Assembly: GCA_040285855.1 (NCBI GenBank)
Contig: JAUFOQ010000016.1
Coordinates: forward strand, 310,001 to 374,000
Reading direction: 5' to 3'
From: Eukaryota sp. GEM-RC1
Taxonomy: Eukaryota
Length of the DNA: 64,000 nt
Position numbers and translations under genes: made by a program. This document shows positions 25,548 to 37,300 of this stretch, in pieces; position 1 is the first letter of the stretch, and each line of letters opens with the position of its first letter. Below the pieces are notes generated by a model. That model was not told the DNA's origin, made no database searches, and was given only the letters and a program-made list of their open reading frames with translations.

Positions 25548-27506
25548 ATGGCCAAACAGAGTTCTACAGCATCACAAAGAAGAAGTAGGACTGCCCAAAT
25601 TGCTTGTGGGGACACATTAAAGCCAAACTTGAAGAAGCCCCATCCATCTTTGGATGACCCACTCTGTGACTCTCTACCTGAACCTACTCTCATCCAATCT
25701 TCTGTACCAAACATGTACACCAATCTAACTTCTACAGCTGTTGAACGTCTTTCTGACTTACGTGTCAAGAACTTCCTGACAGATTGTGTTGTTATTTTTG
25801 ATGACTATGAGTTCCACTGTCACTTCACCATCATTTCCCTCTTCTCAGAATTCTTCACTGCTCAAGACAACCGTAACCGCATTATAATCAATGATACAGG
25901 CATGGTTGAAGACAGTTCAACTTTTGGAGCTGTTATGAAGACAATGTACGGTTCATCTTTGGATATTACTGAATCTAACTTCTTTGAGATCTTCTTCATT
26001 GCCAAGCTCTTGAAATACTCACCACTACTAGATCATTGTACTAAGATCCAAACAAAAGGTCTACATTCAAGTACAATTCCTTTCTCTCTTGACAAGAGAA
26101 CTTTATTGGACAAGTTAAAGGTGACAGATTCAGCTATTCAGTTGAAATACCACAACCTTGTTGTTTCTACCAATCGTTTGTTGCTCTGTTGTTATTGTAA
26201 CTACTTTTCTAACCTCTGGACAGACTGGGCGACCTCCACTGACCCTGTGATCTCCTTTAATGAGTTTCTGAGAGTGAGTGAAGAATCTTTTAAGCAGTTC
26301 TTTGACTTGATTCATGGTGATAAAGTAGAATTGTCTTCTGATAATGTTTATAGTTTACATTACCTTGCGCTTTACTTTGAAGCAAACTTTCTTGTCACTC
26401 TATGTGAACCTCTCCTGGAAGAGTTTTTCAATGAAAGTTTCATTGAATCAGCAAGTGATTTAGATGATTTGATGTTTATTAGAAAGTTTAGTGACAGATT
26501 AACTCAAATGGGTTCGAAACGTGTTGTTTGCGTGTCTCCTGCTGCATTTGAAGTAATTTCCACTCTTGATGTTGATTGTCTGTGGCTGGCAGAGTCCTTG
26601 AAACATTCATGGGAAAATCACAAAGTAAAGTGGACAGGGCAACAGTTTGACAATTGTTTAAAGGGGATTAGGTGTGACGCCACGAATATTGTCTCCATTT
26701 TTAATATTCTTTCAGATTTAGTCGATGATTCTGAAGTTGAACTCTACTTGTGTAGGCATTTAATCAGATTAATGCCCATTCTAAATCAAGTATTGGGTTC
26801 AATCAATGACGAGAGTGATTCTGAAGAGGATCAATTACATCAATCAGATTCCGATTCTTCTGATGTTGAAGTACTTGAAATTGAAAATACCTCTCCAAAA
26901 TCTCGTACTGTTAGTATCGACAAACCTTCGATACCTAAAGTTGATGGAACAAACAGAATTACTAAAAGTAAAAAAACTCCCGTTACTAAATCTCCAAATG
27001 ATACTATAGCGACAAACTTAGGCTTTGTCTTCTCTTTAAACAACAAGGCTCCCTGTTTATCATTAAGTAGTGATAGGAAAACAGTGATGAGACTTAGTGG
27101 AGTTGGGGAAAGAAACATTCTATCAGATAAGCCTCTTACTCTAGAATCACGTGACTCTTTTACTTGGAAAGTAAAATATAGAGGAACCCCAAAGAACTTG
27201 TTTGTGGGAGTAATTGAAGAAGGAAAGTTCAAGGACAGTCAGAGGTGTGGTGCTCGTGGTGTACGAGTGATGAAGAATGGTATGTGTAAGCTACAGGGAA
27301 TACTGCCCAATGAGGAGTTTAAATGGACTGCAGAGGAAGTTTTAGAAATTACAGTTGATGTGAGTAATAATCTAATTGTTATTAAATCTGTAGATACTCC
27401 TAGAATCAATCTGTGGCGACCGCTTTGTAGTAGAGTTTTGAGTGGAGTTTTTTACCCTTTTTTTACTTTGAGTTATTCTAATCATCAAATTGAATTTGTC
27501 GATTGA
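25548..27506 (+). CDS. Tandem BTB-BTB protein with acidic linker and C-terminal SPRY-like domain
   Basis: TDCVVIFDDYEFHCHFTIISLFSEFF and NRLLLCCYCNYFSNLW BTB-like segments; C-terminal FTWKVKY..LFVGVIE..LEITVDV..FYPFF. Confidence 0.8.
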   Translation: MAKQSSTASQRRSRTAQIACGDTLKPNLKKPHPSLDDPLCDSLPEPTLIQSSVPNMYTNLTSTAVERLSDLRVKNFLTDCVVIFDDYEFHCHFTIISLFSEFFTAQDNRNRIIINDTGMVEDSSTFGAVMKTMYGSSLDITESNFFEIFFIAKLLKYSPLLDHCTKIQTKGLHSSTIPFSLDKRTLLDKLKVTDSAIQLKYHNLVVSTNRLLLCCYCNYFSNLWTDWATSTDPVISFNEFLRVSEESFKQFFDLIHGDKVELSSDNVYSLHYLALYFEANFLVTLCEPLLEEFFNESFIESASDLDDLMFIRKFSDRLTQMGSKRVVCVSPAAFEVISTLDVDCLWLAESLKHSWENHKVKWTGQQFDNCLKGIRCDATNIVSIFNILSDLVDDSEVELYLCRHLIRLMPILNQVLGSINDESDSEEDQLHQSDSDSSDVEVLEIENTSPKSRTVSIDKPSIPKVDGTNRITKSKKTPVTKSPNDTIATNLGFVFSLNNKAPCLSLSSDRKTVMRLSGVGERNILSDKPLTLESRDSFTWKVKYRGTPKNLFVGVIEEGKFKDSQRCGARGVRVMKNGMCKLQGILPNEEFKWTAEEVLEITVDVSNNLIVIKSVDTPRINLWRPLCSRVLSGVFYPFFTLSYSNHQIEFVD

Positions 27507-28198
27507 GTTGTCCGTTTCTTCACCTATCTTCAACAGTGTTTGACTCGAACTGACCAATAATCTGTTCCAAAACCTACAAAAACAAGGTCCATGTCAGAAG
27601 AATCTTGTGTTCTGTCTGGATGCTTGTTAAATTTTAGCAACACCACCCAATTACAAGACAATATGTACGGTAGATGTTTTCCAACAGTAACTATGTTCAG
27701 TATCAAAATAAGAGACTAAGGTAAAAAACACCATTTCACTATAATTTCTTAACCCATCAAATATTATTCACTCAAGCACGCATTAACCAATCAGAGTAAT
27801 ATAAATGTTAAAACATGGGATGCTATGAATTGTAAAATCTCAATGCAAAACTGTCTTTTATCAGCAGAAAATGCTGTTTTACACTGTATTTCAATACAAA
27901 CGAAGAAACATCAAATACAATGTACTACAGATCCACAGAGGATGTAGAAGTAGAGCAAACTGCGTGTCAGTGTTGTAATTAAGCAGTGATGCTATGTACT
28001 GTAAAACTTAATATTTAGTTTTTCAAGTTGAAAACAATAGCAAAAATCCAGTGTTATTAATTTTCAGAAATGCGCCAAACGCGCGCATTTTGACGCCTTT
28101 ACGCATCTGGGATTTTGTGATCTAGCGCATTTTGACATTGAGATTTTTTTTGAATTTTTTTTGCTTCTGTATAAGTCTCTATTTCTCTATATACAGAT

Positions 28199-28431
28199 TC
28201 TCCTTTGGTAAATTGTGTTCTGAGTATGGTAAAGCTTTCAATGAAAATTTTTGGTTGAGTAAGTTAACGTTTGCGTTGTTTCGTTCAATGCACAGATATT
28301 TTAATTCAATTTTAGGTAAGTTGTTCGGTGATGGACAGAAGGATCATAGTTTAGATACTTTAGTTAGTGTCTGTTAGTTATTAACTTCTGCAAATGCATT
28401 TATTTCACTGACTGATCATAAACCCCGTTTT
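28199..28431 (+). mobile_element. Severely 5'-truncated non-LTR retrotransposon with 11-bp TSD
   Basis: TSD TATATACAGAT at 28188-28198 and 28432-28442; same family as 3481-3820. Confidence 0.85.
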
Positions 28432-28648
28432 TATATACAGATGTTGATCTCAAAACAGTGTTATGCAGTCCCTCTTTCGTTGGACAAATGCAAAGTTGTA
28501 TTGTATACAATTCAATGCACATTCTTTTGATATCACAATGTGAATTGGTTTAAAATCTGTGAAGTTAGTGGAATTCAACCAAAACTTTTGATCAAAAATC
28601 TGTTTTACCCATATTAACGAACAATGTAAATCGATACAAAACCATAAA

Positions 28649-29573
28649 TTTAATCGTATTAGGTTGGCTAAAACTAATAGTCCCGAGTTCGCTGCTTTTT
28701 TAATTCATCTTTGTAATAGTGGACGTTCTGGATTTATTTCTCAAATTCCAAAGGTGTATGGATTACATCTATCTGATGAAGCTTGGATGATCAATATGCG
28801 TCTTCGTTTGGCTATTTGGCCTGCAAATTTAAACTATTCAACTTGCTCTTGTGGAGCTAATGGTGTTTTTCGTCATTTAATTAATTGTCGTTATTTTATT
28901 CATCTACGTGCAGTAATTCATGATGGTGTACGTGATTCTTGTTATTCCATGTTTAAAGCACATGGTGTTCACTCTAAAGTTGAACCAGTTTTGAATCATC
29001 TTTCAGAAAATGAATTGACTGATCAAAAATGAGGGGATCTACATACTCTGTGGCTTCAATCGAGTCAATCATTAATCGATTTTACTACAGTAGATGTTTG
29101 TAACAAATCGTGTGTTAGTAGGATATTAGATTCTTCTTTTAATCCGTTAACAGCTGCTGAAAAGCTCAAACACTTCAAGTATGACTCTGAAGTAGAAGAA
29201 TTAAATAGAAACTCATATTCCAAATTTGTGTTTCAACCTTTTGCTGTTTCTCTTTTGGATCTATTAGTCCTGCTGGTGATCAATTTTTCAAGGATTTCGA
29301 AGAATTGTGTAAAGAAAAGAAGCGTAAGTTTAGAATGGCTGAATGGAAAAACCGTATTGTGTTTTCCATATATCGGAATATGCCTTTCTATTTCTCTAGA
29401 TTAATTGAGAAATTGTACAAGTTTGGTGTGAAGGTTAATGTTGATAAACATAATCTTTTACCGGGTGGTGGTGAAGTCGTTTGGATTTAATCTTAGTATT
29501 ATTTGTTTGTTTTTACAATTTCATAGTTTGTAGGAAGGTTACTTTATTGGGTGCCGAATAAATTCACTTGTTT
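28649..29573 (+). mobile_element. 5'-truncated RLE-type (CRE-like) non-LTR retrotransposon with 10-bp TSD
   Basis: TSD AAACCATAAA at 28639-28648 and 29574-29583; CSCG..HLINC..IHDGVRD..EP..GD..IDFTTVD..AEKLK..PFAVS; empty site visible at ~56075-56100 (reverse). Confidence 0.92.
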
Positions 29574-29906
29574 AAACCATAAACGGTTAATAATATTAAC
29601 TTAACATCGTATAAAATACTGAATGAAATATGGTTTAAAGACCATTGATTAAGACATCAACGTCCACTGTTTGTCCTGAAAGTTGAAACACATTTTCTGT
29701 ATAGAGTATGTGATCAACAGTAACAGTTGTTGAATGAGATTGGTCAATGAAAAGAGGATGTGCGTTTTCGAGCTCTCAACTCAGTCGAAAGACTTTCAAC
29801 GAGTTCTGAACACAGTTTTGAACAAGAAAACACTACGTCGTCCCCAGTACAAAGTGTTGTTTCAAATGATTAGTTCCAGTGACGAACTGGTGACAAAAGC
29901 CAAATT

Positions 29907-30188
29907 ATGGGTGCATTTGACAACACCGCAAAAGTCCCAACACATCATATGTCTTGTCCTGGTTGCCCTTCTCAGAGTATCCCTGCTCCCATGTCCACTC
30001 CTTGTAGTGGATCTGTTTCTAAATGTGCCGGATGTCCTTCTCGAACACAGTGCTCTTCCTTTATGGCTCCAACTCAACAACAAGGATCCAAAGTTGTTGT
30101 CAATCTTCAGTCTGATTTCGCTCCCTTCTCCGCCCAGCCTGGAACTAAAGTAGGTTGTGGAAAGCCAAATTGCTGTCAACTACGATAG
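29907..30188 (+). CDS. Small Cys-rich protein (possible metal or Fe-S binder)
   Basis: 93 aa with CPGCP, CAGCPSRTQC and CGKPNCC; more GC-rich than flanks; AT-rich 3' region follows. Confidence 0.5.
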   Translation: MGAFDNTAKVPTHHMSCPGCPSQSIPAPMSTPCSGSVSKCAGCPSRTQCSSFMAPTQQQGSKVVVNLQSDFAPFSAQPGTKVGCGKPNCCQLR

Positions 30189-30517
30189 ATCTCTTTCTCT
30201 CCATTTTGTATTTATTCTTTAGTATTGTCTTCTTCATTGCATGATATAAATAAACTGAGTCATTTTTTTTTTCATTTCTGTTGTTAGCCATTGCTTTCTA
30301 AAAACTGTTCACCTGAACACTCATTTGTTATGAAAACACGTGTCACTTTTTCGGACAAACTCTTGTTATTGGGAAGATTCCAGAGATTTCATGTTAATTA
30401 CAACTCCGTGATATGTACGTAGATTTCAGTGAGGATCAGGCAAATTCGTTTAGTTCGGGATTTGCTTACATTCAGAACATCTCCTTGTTCTCAAAATCAA
30501 TCACCTGGCATTGATTG

Positions 30518-31662
30518 ATGCTCTCCCTTGAACTTCTTGCTATATCTGCCCTGCCCCCTGTATTATGCATTTTTGTGGGTCTCTTTGCAGCACGTCTCAA
30601 CATTATGCCTCATAGTTCTATCGGGCCACTAAATACTTTTGTCCTCAAAATTTGCATGTCTTGTCTGCTCTTCGACTCGATATACACCTTTAAGTACAGT
30701 TCTGATCTATTCACATTTGGAATCACAGTGTTGCTGTTCAAACTTCTCTGCTTCATCTATGCCGTTATTCTCTCCCTACTATTAACATATGTCCGCAAAG
30801 GCGCTCGAATCCCCTTCAAAGTCAATTTATACTGCTTCTTTTCCTCCACTTGCTGGACCAATTCCATTGTTCTGGGACTCCCTATAGTTGCTGATCTGTT
30901 TGAAGCCCAATCATCCTACGGTGTTGGTGATCTTACCAAGTACGTCATTGTTTCAGGTATTATAGACTATCTGCTAATGATGCCCACAGGCTGTGTTCTT
31001 CTTGATGATAATAGTGAAGGACTCAAAAGTGTTCCAATGCTTCTCCTCAAGAATCCGCCGGTAGTCTCCATCGTAATTGGACTCTGCTTCTTAATCTTCA
31101 ACATCCCTTTACATCCCATTGTTAATAACACTCTTCTCTACTTCGCTCATATAGTCAAGGGTGCTGCTCACTTTGTTTGTGGGATGTCCTTTGATCAAAT
31201 TCTGAGAGAGAGTCCTGATAATTTCGTCAATAATAAGGACCGTGATTACCTCTTGATCAACGACCAACGCAATGATGGCAACGCTGAGGAAGATCAGCAG
31301 GTATCGTCAAAGTTCCTTGGAATTGATTCAGAAATTATTACGAACTTAGTTGAACATAGTGTACGTATTATTACAAATCCAAGCTCGCCGTTTTTCATTT
31401 GTTTATTGTTTTTTCAAGAATTGTTGTAGCTCCGCTTTTGATGTTTATGATTGCTCGGTTTATCACCCATCTGAACTCCACTCAAGAACTACTTGCTGTT
31501 TTTGTTGCTTGTCTACCTGTATCTTTATCTGCTTTTGTACTGGCTAAGAACTATGAGAAATGTGTGGGAGCACTCAATAGAGTTGTTGTTATTGGAAATT
31601 TTCTACTCACTCCGTTGTTGTTTCTTTATGTGTTCATTTTCGATTGGGAATTACCTCGATAA
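30518..31662 (+). CDS. Auxin-efflux-carrier (AEC/PIN-like) family membrane transporter, one frameshift at ~31380
   Basis: LNTFVLKICMSCLLF, TNSIVLGLPI, LLKNPPVVSIVIG, RIVVAP, ACLPVSLSAFVLAKNY; ~10 TM helices. Confidence 0.8.
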
Positions 31663-31768
31663 TTGTTTCTGGTTTAAGCTTCATTCTAATTTATTGTTTT
31701 AGTTTTTGTACAAAACAAACTATAAATCAGGCGTTTTGGCATTTTAGTGTAAATAATCTTGTTTTTAC

Positions 31769-32190
31769 CAGCGTTATGCCATAAGACAATTTTTGACTGT
31801 CATACGGACCATGCGCGTATGGTCGTACCGTATGGCTGATGGCCTGTCTGGCGTGTTTTTGAAGTGTGTTTATGAGTTATGTGTTAACCCAACACCACAT
31901 TGTACTTCACGTTAATTCAATATCTAAATACGATATAATAGTCTTTACAGGCAGAAGTCATCAATTAACATTTTTTCATGATCAATTGTCTTGTTCTAAC
32001 CAAATTAGAACACCTCCAGATCTTAGCTACTGTGCTAGAAACTTCTATTAAATGATATCGGATGATTGGATTACATTTGTAAGGATTTAGTTGTAACTTA
32101 TGAATATAGAAATATCACAGAAAATTAAACCTCTTTATGGCAAAAAATGCCATAAGCGTATGGCCGTATGGCATTATTGCACATAACCGT
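31769..32190. repeat. Possible MITE remnant with GCCATA/TATGGC subterminal repeats
   Basis: Clusters of TATGGC/GCCATA at both ends; ends CAGCGTTATG and CATAACCG; no clear TSD. Confidence 0.35.
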
Positions 32191-32403
32191 TTAATGAGGT
32201 CATTTGAATGACCTGTTTTTGATCAGAGCACACAGTTCAAAAACACACACTTGATTCTGACCTACTCTCTATCACATTTCCAAGAGTTCATAATCAGAAT
32301 TGACAGAGATGCGATGTGGACCGTTGGCGACGTCTATACAATCTCCAACTGACAAGATCGAAACGAAGTCAATACAAGTCAAGATCCAATAATTTTTCTT
32401 AAC

Positions 32404-33708
32404 ATGCCATCCGAAGCCGCACTTCAGATCTTTGAACAAACACTTACCGATATCAGAGAGGCTGGTACTTGGAAAAATGAACGTGTCATTGTGTGTCCTC
32501 AATCTGGTGAAGTTTTTGTCAAAGGATCTGATACTCCTGTGATCAACATGTGTGCTAACAACTACCTTGGCCTTAGTAACAACGAAGAAATCAAAAACGC
32601 AGCCATCGAAATGATCAAGGAACGTGGTTTTGGGCTTTCTTCTGTCCGCTTCATTTGCGGTACTCAGGATATCCACAAGCAATTGGAACGTACTATCAGT
32701 GATTTCTATGGTACGGAAGATTGTATCTTATACTCATCTTGCTTTGTATGTCATACCTCTTAGTGACTGACTGTAGGATGCCAATACTGGTTTATTTGAA
32801 ACTCTTCTTCATAAGGATGATGCTATCATCTCTGCAAATGTTTGTCGGTATTTTGACTCTTTTTGACCTTAGCTGAATCATGCCTCTATTATTGATGGAG
32901 TTCGTCTTACTAAATGTCAACGTCTTCGCTATCAATACAATGATATGGACGATTTAAGAGCAAAACTTGAAGAAGCCAAGGATGCCAGAATTCGTCTCAT
33001 CACAACTGATAGTACCTTCTCCATGGATGGAGAAGTTGCTCCTTTAGACAAGATTTACGAACTTGCAAAGGAATATGATGCACTCATCCATATTGATGAA
33101 TGTCACAGTTCAGGTTTTATTGGACCTACTGGTAGAGGAGTCCCAGAACTCTTCAACCTCCATGGAAAAATTGATATTGTTACTAGTACCTTGTATGTTT
33201 CCTATTTGACTTGTTTAACATTAGAGGTAAAGCTTTAGGTGGATCTCAAGCCGGTTTCACAGCTAGTTCTCGTGCAGTTGTTGATCTCCTACGTCAAAAA
33301 TCTCGTCCTTATCTTTTCTCTAATTCCGTCAGCCCAGGAATTGTTGGAGGTAGTCTTAAAGTCTTCGAGCTCCTTAATTCCTCTTCTAATCTCATTGATC
33401 AAATTAGGAAGAATACTCGTCTTTTCCGATCAAGAATGAATGAAGCTGGCTTTGAAGTTGTCGGAAATCCTGAACATCCTATTTGTCCTGTCATGTTGTA
33501 CGATGCAAAATTGGCAGCTCAATTTGCTGATGAGATGTTACAGAGAGGAATCTATGTTATTGCATTCAGTTTCCCTGTTGTCCCCAAAGAAAAGGCACGT
33601 ATCCGTACCCAAATGTCTGCTGCACACACTGAAGACGAAGTAAACCGTTGTGTGGAAGCTTTTATTGAGGTCGGCAAAAGCTCAAAGTCATTCAGTAATT
33701 TTTTGTGA
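32404..33708 (+). CDS. kbl: 2-amino-3-ketobutyrate CoA ligase (glycine C-acetyltransferase); introns 32746-32776, 32840-32872, 33193-33224
   Basis: CANNYLGL, SSVRFICGTQDIH, LNHASIIDG, FSMDG, DECH, STLGKALGG, RPYLFSN, ARIRTQMSAAH. Confidence 0.95.
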
Positions 33709-34324
33709 CTTAAATTCTATAAATTGTATCTACTGTATTAATATTACTTCACCATAGAACGAAAAGGTTCCCATTATGACCTGCCGGACAGATTGACATG
33801 ATGAGAGGGTAGACTGTTTATGTAGAAAACTTTCAAAGTATTCGTTTATTATTTGCGTCAATACTGTTGGATCTCGGTTCCCTTACATCCAGGTTAAAAA
33901 ATACTAAAGTCTACATATAGTTTATGGTCACAGACAAGAGATATCTAGAAATGTATTCTATCACTATTCTTGATCCATGTTAACACTTCCTGCATTAATG
34001 TAGGAATTGTTGCAACTGCTAGATATTAGGCTGCACTTACTTAAGCTCTTAGTAATGTCACAATGTAAAAGTATGGACAACAAGAGTTCACAGAACAGGT
34101 TAGGTCAGTCATCAATAGAGAATCCGCTAGTAAACTGAAATTCAACTGAATGTTAGTTAGTCTGTATCAGGACAAGTAGCCAATTAGTGCCATTTCGCTG
34201 AAAGTATATGTCAGAAAGACTGAACGCAATACATAATTGCAATAAATAAACAAATATCATAATTCAAAGCAATAAATATTTAAATATTTTTTAAAAATAT
34301 TTTCTTCAAATACCTATTGCACGG

Positions 34325-37300
34325 TGTCTTTTAAATACATGTAGGGAATTTCGGAAACTGATTTCTAGTATCCGATTCACTGATGTTTACAGCGAAATAC
34401 ACTGTATTAGATTAGAAACCAAAATTTCCAGGGTCTGTTTCTAAAGTGTGTACCAAAAAGTTCTCCCAATTTTGAGAAATATTGTAAAGAAAGCCCAACA
34501 GCTAAGCAGCAAGTATAATACAGTGATATCATATCATTGATGTGTGGTCTGAGTTCTGTAAATATGAATAGTGCGATCTGGGACGTTGTGTTGTCAGCAC
34601 ATCATCAATTTGAGTCATTTGTATTCTGTACACACATTTCTAGCAGTTGTTTATGTGAAACAATTCTTTGATGTTCAAAATTATGAAGCAATTTCCCCCA
34701 AAGTGCACTGAACCATTCGAAATGTTGCTGTAACAGAGTGGTACATTACAATGTTTAACAATTGATGCTATATGGAGATGCAAAACTGTCTAAAACACAC
34801 TTTAATATAAAGAACCAAAACTTCAACACTGAGGTGTATAATTAGGTCAATGTCTATTGCAGCCTATGGGTAAAGGATCAGCAAACAAAGAGCCATCTCT
34901 GAAGCCGAGACGATTGTTTGCGTTACTTCCCTAACCTACGGAAGATCCATTTTCAAAAGTAGCAATAACGTGAGAATGCCCCACAGTAACAGTCTTTACA
35001 TTTGATAAATCTCGAACTCGAATAGGAGAGTGAACATTATTTGTTGAATCACTTCTCAATAGTCTGTTTGAATTTTGACCCATTCCATACAATCTTGCAT
35101 CAACCGAAATAAGTAGGATAAATGTTGTTCTCGTGTGGAGACTCTTCACCACAAATCCTTTTGTTGCTACAAGGTATGGGCGAGTTTGACTCACAGTTGA
35201 TCCAATTCCCAGTTGACCTTCGGCGTTTCTTCCCCAAGAGTACAGCAAACCAGACGCAGTTAAAGCATAGCTTGACTCCTCCCCAGCAGCTATGTCAATC
35301 ACATTTGTTAATCCCAGCACATGAATAGCTGAATGGCGATTAGAAGTGGTTTCATCACCCAATTGCCCTTGATTATTTCGACCAAAACTGTAAACTGTTG
35401 AAGAATCTGTTAATACTAATGTATGACTGGCTCCAAGAGCAACTTTTTGAATTGGAATGTTGTTGGGCATGCATAAGGCCACGGGGAGTTTCTGTTATCA
35501 GTATGACCCTGACCTAATTCACCATGTGGGTTCATACCCCAAATCCAAACAGAAGCAGATGACAGCGCAGCATAATGATTGTTTCCTGAGTAAACGTGTT
35601 GGACATTAGATATAGCAGAGATGGGTTCTGGTGTGTCAAAAGCGTTACTAGTGGAAGTTGCACCAATACGTCGATCACCTCTTCCTGCTACATGAACAGA
35701 ACCATCATTCATCAGGATAAGAGAAGCATAATCCCCCAAAGCCACTTCTTTAACAGCAGTAAAAGAAAGGGGAGATTGTGGAAACAGAAACGGAGCGTAA
35801 CTACAAGTAGAAATGCTCAACGAACATCTCCCTCTACCACCAGCCAGTTCACCATATGTACCAGCTCCCCAGGACCATAAACGTCCATTTCTGACAACCA
35901 TGCCGTGTCTATATCTTCCAAGAGCATAGAAATCAGCATATTTCACGTCACTTGCCACGTAAGTAGATCCTGCCTGTGACAGAGCGACAACTGAATCTTC
36001 TTTAGCAAGTGTGATGTCATATAAATTAAACTCACTAAGAGATTCAACACCTACTGAAACAGTTTCATCATCAATAAACTCAATCACAGCAGCTCTCAAC
36101 GCTTCTCGTCGTTGGGTAGAGGACTCAGGATTAGTAACTTCTAGACACAAGAACTCGTGTTGGATAATGTCGAGACGATATTTCTTCCAGCCAATCAGAG
36201 GCAAAAGAACAACAACTTGTAACTGATCTGAGACGTCACCATGAGAAACATGAACATCATACACAGTGTCTTGATGTGTAGCAACAACTTCAATAGACAC
36301 ATCTGCATCTGCTGTAACTTCCAATGCTCTGTTTCTGATAGCAGTGATCTTGTCAGAAGTTGTATTTGCTGATGGTAGGTTTTCGAACTTGTGCGCCTCT
36401 AAAAGAAGAACTGCTTTGGCAACTCTACCTGTACTGGACAACACAAACTGCAGAGCAGAAAAAACCAACACTCGTTCAGCATTAGCTTTAGTAATGACAC
36501 ATTGGAAAGCTGAGTGGATTTGATTAAAAGAGACTTCAAAGTCGACCTCATACCCACTTAAAATACTAGCAATAGAGTTCTTCAACACTTCTTCATGTTC
36601 GTCTTGATCGCTGAGGTCGTCAACTTCCAAAGATGAAGGCATCCCATCTGCAACGACTTCATAAGCATCTTGAACAGCTTGGTCATCTGCAGATAGTACA
36701 AATGAAGTTGTGACTAAAACAACTTGTATCGCTCCTGCTTTGGATATTTCAATTTCCATTCTGAACCAAATGTCCTCTGAGACTACTTTGCTACTGGTTC
36801 CATACTGCTGAGTAACGTCCTGAACAATGTTCAACACGGCAGCTTGTCTGATACTGGAATCATCGACATTAGATACAACAATATTTGAAAATCCATGATT
36901 ATCGATTGCCGTGATTGCATCTCGAACATCCTTAGCTTCCTGACTGAGTACAAAAGTAGGAGAAACATCAGTAAAGTCTGTAGCTTCAGCATAGGTAAGG
37001 CGAATACGAAAGGTGTCTTCATCGAGATAAAGAACTTGAATAGATCCAGGAAAACTCGACACTGCTTCTTCAACATGTTTCTTCACAGCACTTTGTTGTT
37101 GAGTTATACTGTCAATAATGTGCACTGGTAGATCAGTCATCTCTGTAACTTTAATAACGACAAGGCCTTCTTCAATTGCTTGAGCTTGATGAGATAACAC
37201 ATAAGTGGGAAGAATGACAAGCTCCCTAGTTAATGGAGGTAGAGACAGAACAACATTGAAGCCGGTAGCAATTCTGATTAGCTGAAAGTCGACAGAAATC

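Larger units (their letters stand above)
28049..29895 (+). mobile_element. Partial hAT-like element interrupted by two non-LTR insertions
   Basis: End CAGTGTTATTAA with ATGCG subterminal repeats; after removing the two inserts it is colinear with the reverse complement of ~55785-56444. Confidence 0.75.
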
